DNA from: the human T2T-CHM13v2.0 reference genome, Homo sapiens
Length of the DNA stretch: 64,000 bases
Direction: 5' to 3' (one strand)
NCBI RefSeq assembly: GCF_009914755.1
Contig: NC_060935.1
Under the pieces are notes generated by a model. It searched no databases. It was not told the DNA's origin and saw only the letters and a program-made list of their open reading frames with translations. Of this stretch, positions 47,501 through 60,796 are shown one piece after another. How positions within the stretch are numbered: the stretch's first letter is position 1; each line of letters starts with the position of its first letter. The translations under genes were made by a program, and so were the position numbers.

Positions 47501-50500
47501 GTTTCCAAACTGCTGAATGAAAAGAAAGGTTTAACACTGTGAGATGAATACACCCATCACAAATAGGTTTCTCAGATAACTTCCTCTAGTTTTTATCCCA
47601 GAATATTTCCTTTATTGCTATTGGCCTCAAAGAGATCCCAAATGTCCATTCCAAGAATGGACAAAAACAGTGTTTCCAAACTGCTGAATTCAAAGAAAGG
47701 TTTAACACTGTGAGGTGAATGAACACATTGCAAAGCAGTTAATCAGAAAGCTTCCTTCTACTTTTTATCTGAAGATATTTCTTTTTCAACATAGGCCTCA
47801 AGGCACTGCCAAATATCCTTTTGCAGTTTCTACAAAAACAATGTTTCCAAAGTACTGAATGAAAGGAAAGTTTTAACTCGGCTAGAAGAATGCACACAAC
47901 ACAGAGCAGCCTCTTAGATAGCTTCCTTCTAGTTGTTATCCTGGGTTATTCGCTTTTTTGCCATTGGCCTCAATGAGCTCCCAAATGTCCATTCACAGAG
48001 TGCACAAAAACAGTGTTACCAAACTGCTGAATCCAAATAAAGGTTTAACACTTTGAGATGAATGCACACATCCTTAACCAGTTTCTCATTAAGCTTCTTT
48101 CTAGTTTTTACTTGAAGATATTTCCTTTTTCACCATAGGCTGGAATGCACTACCAAATATCTCTTTGCAGATTCTAAGAAAACAGTGTTTCCAAACTGCT
48201 GAATGAAAAGAAAGTTTTAACTCTGTGAGATGAATGAACACGGTATAAATCGATTTTTCAGATGGGTTCCTTCTGGTCTTTATCCAGAGATATTCGCTTT
48301 TTCACCATTGGCCTCTTTGAGCTCCCAAATGTCCATTCGCGTAATGGACAAAATCAGTGTTTCCAAACTGCTGAATCCAAAGAAAGATTTAATTCTGTGA
48401 GATGAATGAACACATCACCAAGCAGTTTCTCAGACAGCCTCCTTCTAGTTTTTATATGAAGATGTTTCTTTTTTCACCCTAGGCCTCAATGAGCTGCCAA
48501 ATATCCTTTTGCAGTTTCTACAAAAACAATGTTTCCAAAGTGATGAGTGAAAAGAAAGGTTTAAATGTGCTGCAGGAATGTGCACATCACAAACGGCTTT
48601 TTCAGATAGCTTCCTTCTAGATTTTATCCTGAGCTATTTGCTTTTTCACCATTTGCCTTAATGAGCTCCCAAATGTCCATTCACAGAATGGACAAAAACA
48701 GTGTTACTAAACTGTGAATCCAAAGACATGTATAAGTCTGTGAGCTGAATGCACACATCACAAACCAGTTTCTAATTAAGCTTCTTTCTAGTTTTTATCT
48801 GAAGATATTTCCTTTTTCAACATAGGCATCCATACTCTTCCAAGCATCTCTTTGCAGATTCTAAGAAAATACGGTTTCCAAACTGCTGAATGAAAGGAAA
48901 GGTTTAACTCTGCGAGATGAATGCACACATCACAAGGGAGGTTGTCACAGACCTTCCTTCTAGTTTTTATCCTGCATATTCCCTTTTTCTCCATTGGCCT
49001 AAATGAGCTGCCAAATGTCCATTCATGGAATGCACAAAAACAGTGTTACCAAACTGCTGAATGCAAACGAATGTTGAAATCTGTGAGATGAATGCACACA
49101 ACACAAGTGAGCATTCCAAACTCATAAAGCTTCCTTGTAGTGTTTATCTGAAGATATTTTCTTTTTCACCATAGGCCTCAATATGCTGCCAAATATTATC
49201 TCGTAGTTTGTACAAAAACACTGTTTCCAAACTGCTGAATGAAAAGAAAAGTTTAACACTGTGAAATGAATGCACACATCCTAAAGCAGTTTATCATTAA
49301 GCTTCTTTCTAGTTTTTATCTAAAGGTATTTGCTATTCATCATAGGCCTCAATGTGCTACCAAATATCTCTGCAGATTTTAAGAAAACAGTGTTTCCAAA
49401 TTGCTGAAAGAAAAAGGTTTAACTCTGTGAGATGAATGCACTCATCACAAATCGGTTTCTCAGATAAATTGCTTTGTCTTTTTTTCCTGGGATATTTGCT
49501 TTTTAGCCATTGGCATCAGTGAGCTCTCAAATGTCCATTTGCAGAATGGACAAAAGCAGTGTTTACAAACTGCTGAATTCAAAGAAAGGTTTAATTCTGT
49601 GAGATAAATGGACACATCATAAAACAGTTTCTCAGAATCCTTTTTTATAGTTTTTATTTGAAGATGTTTCCTTGTTCACCATAGGCCTCAAAACACTGGC
49701 AAATATCCATTCACAGATTCTACAAAAACCGTGTTTCTAAACTGCTGAATGAAAATCAAGTTTTAACTCCGCTAGATGAATGCACACATAACAAAGCAGT
49801 TTCTCAGATAGCTTCCTTTTAGTTTTTACACTGGGATAATTGCTTTTTCCCCATTGACCTCAATGAGCTTCTAAATGTCCATTTGCAGAATGGACAAAAA
49901 CAGTGTTACCAAACTGCTGAATCCAAAGGAAGTTTTAACACTGTGAGATAAATGCACACATCCCAAACTAGTTTCTCATTAAGCTTCTTTATAGTTTTTA
50001 ATTGAAGATATTTCCTTTTTCCCCCTAGGCCTCAATGCACTATCAAATATCTCTTCAGAGATTCTAAGAAATAAGTGTTTCTAAACTGCAGAATCCAAAG
50101 AATGGTTTAACCCTGTGAGATGAATGAACACATCACAAAGCAGCTTCTCAGAAAGCTTGTTTCTAGTTTTTATTTGAAGACATTTCTTTTTTCTCCATAG
50201 GCCTCAGTGCAATGCAAAGTATCCTTTCACAGTTTCTCCTAAAACAGTGTTTTCAAACTCCTGAATGAAAAGAAATTTTTAACTCTGTGAGATGAATGTA
50301 CACATCACAAAGCTGTTTCTTGAATAGCTTCCTTCTAGTTTTTGTCCTGAGGTAATAACTTTTTTGCCTTTGGCCTCATAAACTCCCAAATATCCCTTCA
50401 CAGATTCTACAACAACAGGTTTTCCAAACTGCTGAATCCAAAGAAATTTTTAAATCTGTGAGATGAATGCACACACCACAAAGCAGTTTCTCAGAAAGTT

Positions 50501-53500
50501 TCTTTCTAGTTTTTATCTGAAGATATTTCCTTTTTCACCATAGGCCTCAATGCACTCCAAAATAAAACTTTGCAGATTCTACAAAAACAGTGTTTCCAAA
50601 CTGCTGAATGAATGCAATGGTTTAAATCTGAGAAATGAATGCACACATCACAAACCGGTTTGTCAGATAGCTTCTTTCTAGATTTCTTTTTCCTGGGATG
50701 TTCGCTTTTTTGTTTTTGACCTCTATAAGCTCCCAAATATCCCTTTGCAGATACTACAACAGCAATGTTTCCAAACTGCTGAATCCAAAGAAAGGTTTAA
50801 AACTGTGCAATGAATGCACAGATCACAAAGCAGTTTCTTAGATAGCTTGTTTCTAGTTTTATCTGAAGATTTTCGTTTTTTATCTGAAGATATTTCATTT
50901 TTCACCACAGGACTCAATGCGCTCCCAAATATCTCTTCTCGGATTTTATGAAAAGAGTGTTTCTGGACTGCTGAATGAAAAGAAAGGTTTATCTCGGCAA
51001 GACGAATGCACACATAACAAAGCAGTTTCTCAGATAGCTTTCTTCTAGCTTTTATCCTGGGGTATTCACTTTTTCGCTATGGGAAAAAGGACCTCCAGAA
51101 AGCCCATTCACAGAATGGACAGAAACAGTGTTTGCAAACTGGTGCATCCACAGAAAGGTTTATCTCTGTGAGATGAATGCACACAACACAGGGCAATTTC
51201 CCAGAAAGCTTCTTGCTAGTTTTTATCTGAAGATATTTCCTTTTTCACCAGAGGCCTCAATGCACTCCAAAATGTAACTTCGCAGATTCTACAAAAACAG
51301 TGTTTCCAAACTGCTGAATGAAAACAATGATGTAGCTCTGTGAGATGATTGCACACATCACAAAGCTGTTTCTCAGATAGCTTCCTTTAGGTTTTTTTTT
51401 CTGGAATATTTGCTTTTTCATCTTTTGCCTCAGTGAGTTCCCAAATATCCCTTCACAGGTTGTACAACAGTGTTCACAAACTGCAAAAGGCAAAAAAAGT
51501 TTTAACTCTGTGAGATGAATGTACACATCATAAAGCGGTTTCTCAGATAATTTCCATCTAGTTTTTTTTTCTGGGATATTCACTTTCTTGCCTATTACAT
51601 CATTAAGCTCCAAATTTACCTTCGCAGATTGTACAACAGGGTTTCCAAACTGCTGCAACCACACAAAGGTTTAACTCTGTTAGACGAATGCACATATCAC
51701 AAAGCTGTTTTTCAGAAAACTTCCTTCTAATTTTTTCTGAAGATATTTCCTTTTTTGCCATAGGCCTCAATGCACTCTCAAATATCCCTTCGCGGATTCT
51801 GCCAAAACAGTGTTTCTGGACTGCTGTATGGGAAGAAAAATTTATCTCTGAGAGATGAATGCACACATCACAAAGCAGTTTCTCAGGGAGCTTCCTTCTC
51901 GTTTTAGTCCTGGGATATTCACTTTTCCACCTTTGACTTTTATGAGTTCCCAAATATCCATTCTGTGAATGGACAAAAACAGTGTTTGCAAACTGCTAAT
52001 TCCACAGACATGTTTAATAATGTGAGATGAAAGCACACATCACAAAGAAGTTTCTCAGAAAGCTTCTTTCTAGTTTTTATTTGAAGATATTTCCTGTTTC
52101 ACCATAGGCCTCAATGCATTCCCAAATATTCCTTCAGAGATTCTGCAAAAACAGTGTCTCCAAACTGCTGAAGGAAAAGAAAGGTTTAACTCTACCAGAC
52201 GAATGCACACATCACAAAGAAGTTTCTCAGATAGCTTCCTTCTAGTTTTGATCCTGGCATATTTGCTTTTTCAACATTGGCCTCAATGAGCTCCCAAACT
52301 TCCATTAGTAGGATGGACAAAAACAGTTTTTGCAAACTGCTGATACCACAGAAACCTTTACCTCTATGAGATGAATGTAAATATCACAAAGCAATTTCTC
52401 AGAAAGCTCCTTTCTACTTTCTATCTGGAGATATTTCCTTTTTCACCATAGGCCTCATTGCGCTCCCAGATATAACTACAGAGATTCTACGAAAACAGTG
52501 TTTCCACACTGCATAATGAAATGAAAGGTTTAACTCTCCGAGGTAAATGCACACATCCCAAAGCACTTACAAAGCTTCTTTCTTGTTTTTATCTGAAGAT
52601 ACTTCCTTTTTCACCATAGGCCTCAATGCATTCTGAAATATCCCTTCTTGGATTCTGCCAAAACAGTGTTTCCACACTGCTGAATGAAAAGAAAGCTTTA
52701 ACTTGGTGAGGTGAATATGCACAAAATGGTTTCTCAGACAGCTTCCTTTTAGTTTTGACCCTGGGATATTCACTTTTTCACCACTGGCCCCAATGAGCTT
52801 CCAAATACCCCTTCACAGTTTCTACAACAAGTGTGTTTCCAAACTGCTGAATCCAAAGAAATGTTTAACTCTGTGAGATGAATGCACACATCACAAAGCA
52901 GGTTCTCAGAAAGCTTCTTTCTAGTTTTTATCTGAAGATATTTCCTTTTTCACCATAGGCCTCTATGAACTCCCAAATATCCCTTCATGGAATCTGCCAA
53001 AACAGTGTTTCCAGACTGCTGAATGAAAAGAATATATCTGCGAGGTGAATGCACATGTCACAAAGCCATTTCTCAGAAAGCTTCTTTCTAGTTTTTATAC
53101 GAAGATATTTCCTTTTTCACCATAGGCCTCAAAGCTCTCCCAGATATCCCTTCGCAGATTCTATGAAAACAGTGTTTCTAAACTACTGAAAGAAATGAAA
53201 GGTTTAACTGCCCGAGATGAATGCACACATCACTAAGTGGTTTCCCAGATAGTTTCCTTCTAGTTTCTATCCTGGGATATTCAATTTCTCATCATGGGTC
53301 TCAATGAGCCCCCAAATATCACTTTGCAGATTCTACAACAGTGTTTCCAAACTAGGGAATCCAAAGAAAGTGTTAACTCTGTGAGATGAATGCACACATC
53401 ACAAAGCAGTCTTTCAGAAAGCTTCTTTCTAGTATTTATCTGAAGATATTTCTTTTTTCACCATAGGCCTCTATGCACTCCTAAACATCCATTCCCAGAT

Positions 53501-56500
53501 TCTGCCAAAACAGTGTTTGCAGACCGTTGGATGGAAAGAATAGTTTGTCTCTCAGATATGAATGCACACATCACAATGCAGTTTCTCAGAGTGCTTCCTA
53601 CTACTTTATATCCTGGGATATTCACTGTTTTACCATTGGCCTCAATGAGCTCCCAAATGCCCATTTGCACAATGAAGATAAACAGTATTGGAATATGGCT
53701 GAATACACACAAAGGTTTAACTCTGTGAGTTGAATGTACACATCACAAAGCAGTTTCTCAAAATGCTTCTTTCTAGTTTTTATCTGGGGTTATTTCCTTT
53801 CTCACTATAGACCTCAGGGCACTCCCAGATATCACTTCGCAGATTCTATGAAAACAGTGTTTCCAAACTGCTGAATGAACAGAAAGGTTAACTCTGTGAG
53901 ATGATTGCACACATCACAAAGCAGTTTCTCAAGTATCTTCCCTCTTGATTTTATCATAGGATATGCCCTTTTTCTCCATTGATCTGAAAGATTTCCCAAA
54001 CGTCCATTCACAGAATGGACAAAAACAGTGTTTGCAAGCTACTGAAAACACACAAAGGTTGAGCTCTGTGAGAGGAATGCACACATCACAATGGAGTTTC
54101 TCAGAAAGCTTCTTTCTAGTTTTTATCTGAAGATATTTCCTTTTTCACCTTAGGCCTCAATGCACTTTCAAATATCCGTTTGCACATATTACACAAACAG
54201 TGTTTCCAAACTGCTGAATGAAAAGAAAGTTTTAAGCCTGTTAGATGAATACACACATTACAAAGCCATTTCTCAGATTGCTTCTTTCTAATCTTTATCC
54301 TAGTATATACACTTTTTCACCATGGGCCTCAATGAGTTCCCAAATATCCATTGCAAGAATGCACAAAAACAGGGTTTCGATAATACTGAATCCAAAGAAA
54401 GATTTAACTCTGTGAGATGAATGAACACATCTCTAAGTAGGTTCTCAGACAGCCTCTTACTAGTTTTTATCTGAACCTATTCCTTTCTCACCCTAGGCCT
54501 CAATGGGCTGCCAAACATCCTTTTGCACCTTCTACAAAAACAGTGTTTCCAAACTGCTGAATGAAAAGAAAGGTTTAACTCTGTGAGATGAATGCACACA
54601 TCAGAAAGCAGTTTCTCAGATTGCTTCCTTCCACTTTTTTTCCTGGGATATTTGCTTTTTTACAATTGGCCTTAGTAAGCTCCTAAATTTCCCTTTACAA
54701 ATTCTAAAACAACAATGTTTCCAAACTGCTGAATGGAAAGAAAGTTTTAGTACTATGAGATGAATGCACACATCACACATCAGTTTCTCAGAACGGTTCT
54801 TTCTAATTTTTATCTAAAGATATTTCCTTTTCATCACAGGCCTCAATGAACTCCCAAATACCCGTTCACACATTCTGCCAAAACAGTTTTTCCACACTGC
54901 TAGACGAAAAGAATGTTTTATCTGTGGGAGGTGAATGCACACATCACAAAGCGGTTTCTTAGATAGCTTCCTTATATTTTTAATCCTGGGATATTCGCTT
55001 TTTCACCATTGGCCTCAATGAGATCCCAAATGTCCATTTGCGGAGTGAATAAAAATATTGTTTGCAAACTGCTGAACCCACAGAAAAGTTTAACTCTGTG
55101 AGATGAATGCACACATCATCACAAAGCAGTTTCACAGAATGCTTCTTTCCATTTTTTATCTGAAGGTGTTTCCTTTTTCACCATAGGCCTCACTGTGGTC
55201 CCAGATATCCCTTTGCAGATTCTACAACAACTTTGTTTTCCAACTGCTGAATGCAAAGAAAGGTTTAACAATGTGAGATGAATGCACACATCACAAAGTA
55301 GTTTCTCAGAAAGCTTCTTTCTTGTTTTTGTCTAAAGATATTTGCTTTTTTACCACAGGCCTCTAAGCGTTACTAAATATCCCTTCACGGATTCTACCAA
55401 AAGAGTGTTTCCAGACTGCCGAATGAAAAGAAAGGTTTATCTCTGCAAGGTGAATGCACACATCACAAAGTGGTTTCTCAGTTAGCTTCCTTCTGGTTTT
55501 TATCCTGGGATATTTGCTTTTTCACCATTGGCCACAATGAGCTCCCAAGTGTCCATTCGCAGAATGGACAAAAACAGTGTTTGCAAATGACTGAATCCAC
55601 AAAACGGTTTAGTTCTGTGAAGTGAAAGCAAACGTCATATGGCAGTTTCTCAAAAATCTTCTTTCTAGTTTTTTTCTGAAGATATTTCCTTTTTCACCAT
55701 AGGCCTCAATGTGCTCCCAGATATCCCTTCGAAGATTCTACAAAAACAGTGTTTCCAAACTGCTGAAAGAAAAGAAAAGTTTAACTCTGCAAGATGAATG
55801 CACACATCACAAAGCCGTTTTTCAAATAGCTTCCTTCTAGTTTTTATCCTGGGATGTTCTCTGTTTCACCTTTGGATTCACTGTTCTCCCAAATATCATT
55901 TTCCAGATTCTACAACAGCAGTGTTTCCAACTGCAGAATCTAAAGAAAGGTTTAGCTCTGTGAGATTAATTGACACAGCACAAAGCAGGTTCTCAAAAAG
56001 TTTCTTTCTAGTTTTTATCTGAAGATATTTCCTTTTTCACCATAGGCCTCAATGTGCTCCCAGATATCCCTTCACAGATTCTATGAAAACAGGCTTCCCA
56101 GACTGCTGAACAAAAAGAAAGGCTTAACTCTGGGAGATGAATGCACACATCACAATGTAGTTTCTCAAATACATTCCTTCTAGTTTTTATCCTCAGATTT
56201 TTGCTTTTTTGCCTTTGGGCTCAATGAGTTCCCAAATATCCCTTCACAGATTCTACAACAGTGTTTTTCCAATGCTGAGAACAAAGAAAGCTTTATCTCT
56301 GTGAGATGAATTCACACATCACAAAGCAATTTCTCAGAATGCTTCTTTCTAGTTTTATTGGAAGATTATTCCTTTTTCACCTTAGGTCTCAATGCGCTCC
56401 CAAATATCCCTTCAGGGATTCTGCCATAACGGTGTTTCCAGATTGCTGAATGAACAGTAAGTTTTATTTCTGTGAGGTGAATGCACACATCACATAGCTG

Positions 56501-59500
56501 TTACTCAGATAGTTTCTTTCGAATTTTTATCCTGGGATACTGGCTTTTTGCCATTGGCCTCAAAGGTCTCCCAAAAATTCCTTCACAGATTCTACAACAA
56601 CAGTGTTTTCAAATTGCTGAATCCACAGAATGGTTTAAATCTGTGAGGTGAATGGATACATCCCAAGGAAGTTTCTCAGAAAGCTTCTTTGTAGTTTTTT
56701 TCTGAAGATACTCCCTTTTTCACCTTAAGCCTCAAAGCACTCCCAAATATCACTTTGAAAATTCTATGAAAACAGTGTTTCCAAACTGCTCAATGAAAAG
56801 AAAGGTTTATCTCTGTGAGATGAATGCACACATGACAAAGAAGTTTCTCAGAAGGCTTCTTTCTTGTTTTTATCTGATGATATTTCCTTTTTCATCGTAG
56901 GCCTCAATGCACTCCCAAATATCCCTTCACGGTTTCTGTCAAAAGAGTGTTTCCAAACTGCTGAATGAAAAGGAAGGTTTATCTCTGCAAGGTGAATGCA
57001 CCCATCACAAGGTGCTTTCTCAGAGAGCTTCCTTCTCGTTTTTATCTTGGGATATTCACTTTTTTGCCATTAGCCTCAATGAGATCCCAAGTGTCCCTTC
57101 ACAGATTCTACAATGACAGTGTTTTTCCAACTGCTGAAACCAAAGAAAGGTTGATCTCTATGAGATGAATGCACACATCACAAAGCAGTTTCTCAGAAGG
57201 CTTCTTTCTAGTTTTTATCAGAAGATATTTCCTTTTCCGCCATAGGTCCCAATGTGCTCCCAAATATCCCTTCAGGGATTCCGCCATAACAGTGTTTCCA
57301 GATTGCTGAATGAAAAGTAAGTGTTACTTCTGTGAGGTGAATGCACACATCACATAGCTGTTACTCAGCTTCTTTCGAATTTTTATCCTAGGATACACTC
57401 TTTTCTGTCATAGGCCTCAAAGGGCTCCCAAATATTCCTTCACAGATACTACAACAACAGTGTTTTCAAATTGCTGATTCTGCAGAATGGTTTAACTCTG
57501 TGAGGTGAATGGACACATCCCAGAGAAGTTTCTCAGAAAGACTCTTTCTAGTTTTTTTTTTTCTGAAGATACATCCTTTTTCACCATATTCCTCAAAGCA
57601 CTCCCAAATATCACTTCGCAGATTAGAAAAAAACAGTGTTTCCAAACTGCTCAATGAAAAGAAAGGTTTAACTCTGCAAAATGAATGCACACATCACAAA
57701 CCAGTTTCTCAAAGAGCTTTCTTCTAGTTTTTGTCCTGTGATATTCCCTCCTTCACCACTGACCTCAATGAGCTCCAGCATATCCCTTCACAGATTCCAC
57801 AACAACAGAGTTTCCAAAATGCTGAACCCAAAGAAAGATTTAACTCCTTGAGACGGATGCACATATCACAAAGCTGTTTCTCAGAAAGCTTCATTATAGT
57901 TTTTATCTGAAGATATTTCCTTTTTCAACATAGGCCCCAATGTGCTCCCAAGTATCCCTTTGGGGATTCTGCCAGAACAGTGTTTCCAGATTGCTGAATG
58001 AAAAGTAAGTTTTACTTCTGCAAGGTGAATGCATACATCACAAAGCTGTTCCTCAGATAGCTTCCTTCTAGTTTTTATCCAGGAATATTCACTTTTATGC
58101 CACTGGCCTAAATGAGCTCTCAAATATCCCTTCACCGATTCGACAACAACAGTATTTCCAAACTTCTGAATCAAAATAAAGGTTTAATTCTGTGAGATGA
58201 ATGCACACATCACAAAGCGGTTTCCCAGAATGCTTCTTTCTACTTTTTATCTGAAGATGTTTCCTTTTTTACCATCAGCCTCAATGCGCTCCCAAATATC
58301 TCTTCGTGGATTCTGCCAAAACAGTGTTTCCAGACATAAGTGTGAAAAGAAAGTTTTACCTCTGCAAGGTGAATGCACACATCACAAAGAGATTTCTCAG
58401 ATAGCTTCTTTCTAGTTTTTATCCTGGGATATTTGCTTTTTCGCCTTTGGCCTCAATGAGCTCCAAAATGTCCATTCACAGAATGGACAAAAACAGTGTT
58501 TCCAAACTGTTGATTCCACAGAAAGTGTTATTTCTATGAGAAGAATGCATACATCACAAAGATGTTTCTAAAATAGCTTCCTTCTTATTTTTTATCCTGG
58601 GAAATTTGCTTTTTTGCCATTGACATCAATGAGCTCCCAAATGTCCATTTGCAGAAAGTACAAAAAACAGTGTTTGCAAACTGTTGAATCCACAGAATGG
58701 TTTAACTCTGTGAGATGAATGTACACATGAGAAAGCAGTTTCTCAGAAAGCTTCTTTCTAGTTTTTGTCTGAAGATATTTCCTTTTACACCATAGGCCTC
58801 ATTGCACACCAAAATATCCCTTCAGGGATTCTGCCAGAACAGTGTTTCCAGATTACTGAATGAAAAGCAAGTTTTACTCTGTGAGTGGAATGCACACATC
58901 ACAAAGTTGTTTCTCAGAGGGCTTCCTTCTAGTTTTTGTCCTTGGATACTGACTTTTTGGTCATTGGTCTCAAAGAGCTCCCAAATATTCCTTTGTGGAT
59001 TCTGCAACAACAGTGTTTTCCAACTGCTGAATCCACTGATGGTTTAACTCTGTGAGGTGAATGCACACGTCACAAAGCAGTTTCTCAGAAAGCTTCTTTT
59101 AGTTTTTTCTGAAGATATTTTCTTTTTCACCATAGGCTTCAAAGCTCTACCATATATCACTTGGCAGATTCTAGGAAAACAGTGTTTGCAAACTGCTGAA
59201 TGAAAAGAAACATTCAATTTTGCAAGATGAATACACACATCACAGAGCAGTTTCTCAAATACCTTCATTCTAGTTTTTATGTTGGGATATTCACTTGTTC
59301 ACAATTGACCTCAAAGAGATCCCAAATATCCTTTTGCAGATTCTACAACAACAGTGTTTCCAAACTGCTGAATCCAAAGAAATGTTTCACTCTATGAAAT
59401 GAATGCACACGCCAGAAAGAAGTTTTTCAGAAAGATTCTTTCTCGTTTTTATCTGAAGACATTTCCTTTTTCACCATAGGCTTCAATGTGTTCCTTTATA

Positions 59501-60498
59501 TCCCTATGCAGATACTATGAAAACAATGTTTCCAGACTGCTGTGTTAAAAGAAAAGTTTAACTCTGCGAGATGAATGCACACATCACAAAGCCGTTTCTC
59601 ACATAGATTCCTTCTAGTTTTTAAACTGAGATATGTGCCTTTTTGCCATTCACCTCAAAGAGCTCCCAAATGTCCATCTGCAGATTCTATAACAACAGTG
59701 TTTCCAAATTGCTGAATCAAAAAACAGATTTAACTCTGTGAGATGAGTGCACACATCACAAAGCTGTTTCTCAGAATGCTTCTTTCTAGTTTTTATCTGA
59801 AGATATTTCCTTTTTCACCATAGGCCTCAATGCACTCCCAAGTATCCCTTCACAGTTTCTGCCAAAACAGTGTTTCCTGACTGCTGTTGAAAAAGAATAT
59901 TTTAACTCTGCAGGGTGAACGCACACATCACAGAGCAGTTTCTCAAATAGCTTCATTCTAGTTTTTATCCTGGACATTCTCTTTTTCACCATCGGTCCCG
60001 ATGAGCTCCCAAATGTTCATTCACAAAATGGAAAAAAACAGCGTTTGCAAACTGCTGAATCCAGAGAAATGTTTAACTCTGTGAGATAAATGCACACATC
60101 ACAAAGCAGTTTCTCAGAAAGATTCTTTCTAATTTTCATCTGAGCATATTTCCTTTTTCACCTTAGGCATCTATGCTCTCCCAAATATCACTTTGCAGAT
60201 TCTGCCAATGCAGTGTTTCCAGACTGCTGTTGGGAAAGAATGTTTTAACTCTTTGAGGTGAATGCACACATCACAAAGCAGTTACTCAGATATCTTCTTA
60301 CTAGTTTTTATCCTGGGATATTCTGTTTTTCACCATTGGCCTCAATAATATCCCATATATCCATTCACAGGTTCTACAACAGTGTTTGCAAACTGCTGAA
60401 TCCACAGAAAGTTGTAAATCTGTGATATGAATGCAAAGATCACAAAGCAGTTTCCTCAAAAGCTTCTTTCTAGTGTTTATCTGAAGATATTTCCTTTT

Positions 60499-60796
60499 GT
60501 TTTTTTTTTCTTTTTGGAGATGGAGTCTCACTCTGACACCCAGGCTGGAGTGCAGGGGATGATCTCGGCTCTATGCAAGCTCTGCCTCCCCAGTTCATGC
60601 CATTCTTTTGCCTCAGCCTGACATGTAGCTGGGACTGCAAGTGCCTGCCACCATGCCTGGATAATTTTTTCTGTTTTTAGTAGAGATGGGGTTTCACTTT
60701 GTTAGCCAGGATGGTCTTGATATCCTGACCTCGTGACCCTCCTGCCTTGGTCTCCAAAAGAGCTGGGATTACAGGTGTGAGCCACCACAGCCAGAC
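60499..60796 (-). mobile_element. Full-length Alu, AluY-type, heavily CpG-decayed
   Basis: Poly-T at 60495-60515, then GAGATGGAGTCTCACTCTG...GCAAGCTCTGCCTCCC..TTCATGCCATTC...GTTAGCCAGGATGGTC...GACCTCGTGA...GTGAGCCACC, which carries AluY diagnostics. Short imperfect TSD TCCTT(T/C)T at 60492-60498 and 60797-60803. Confidence 0.93.
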
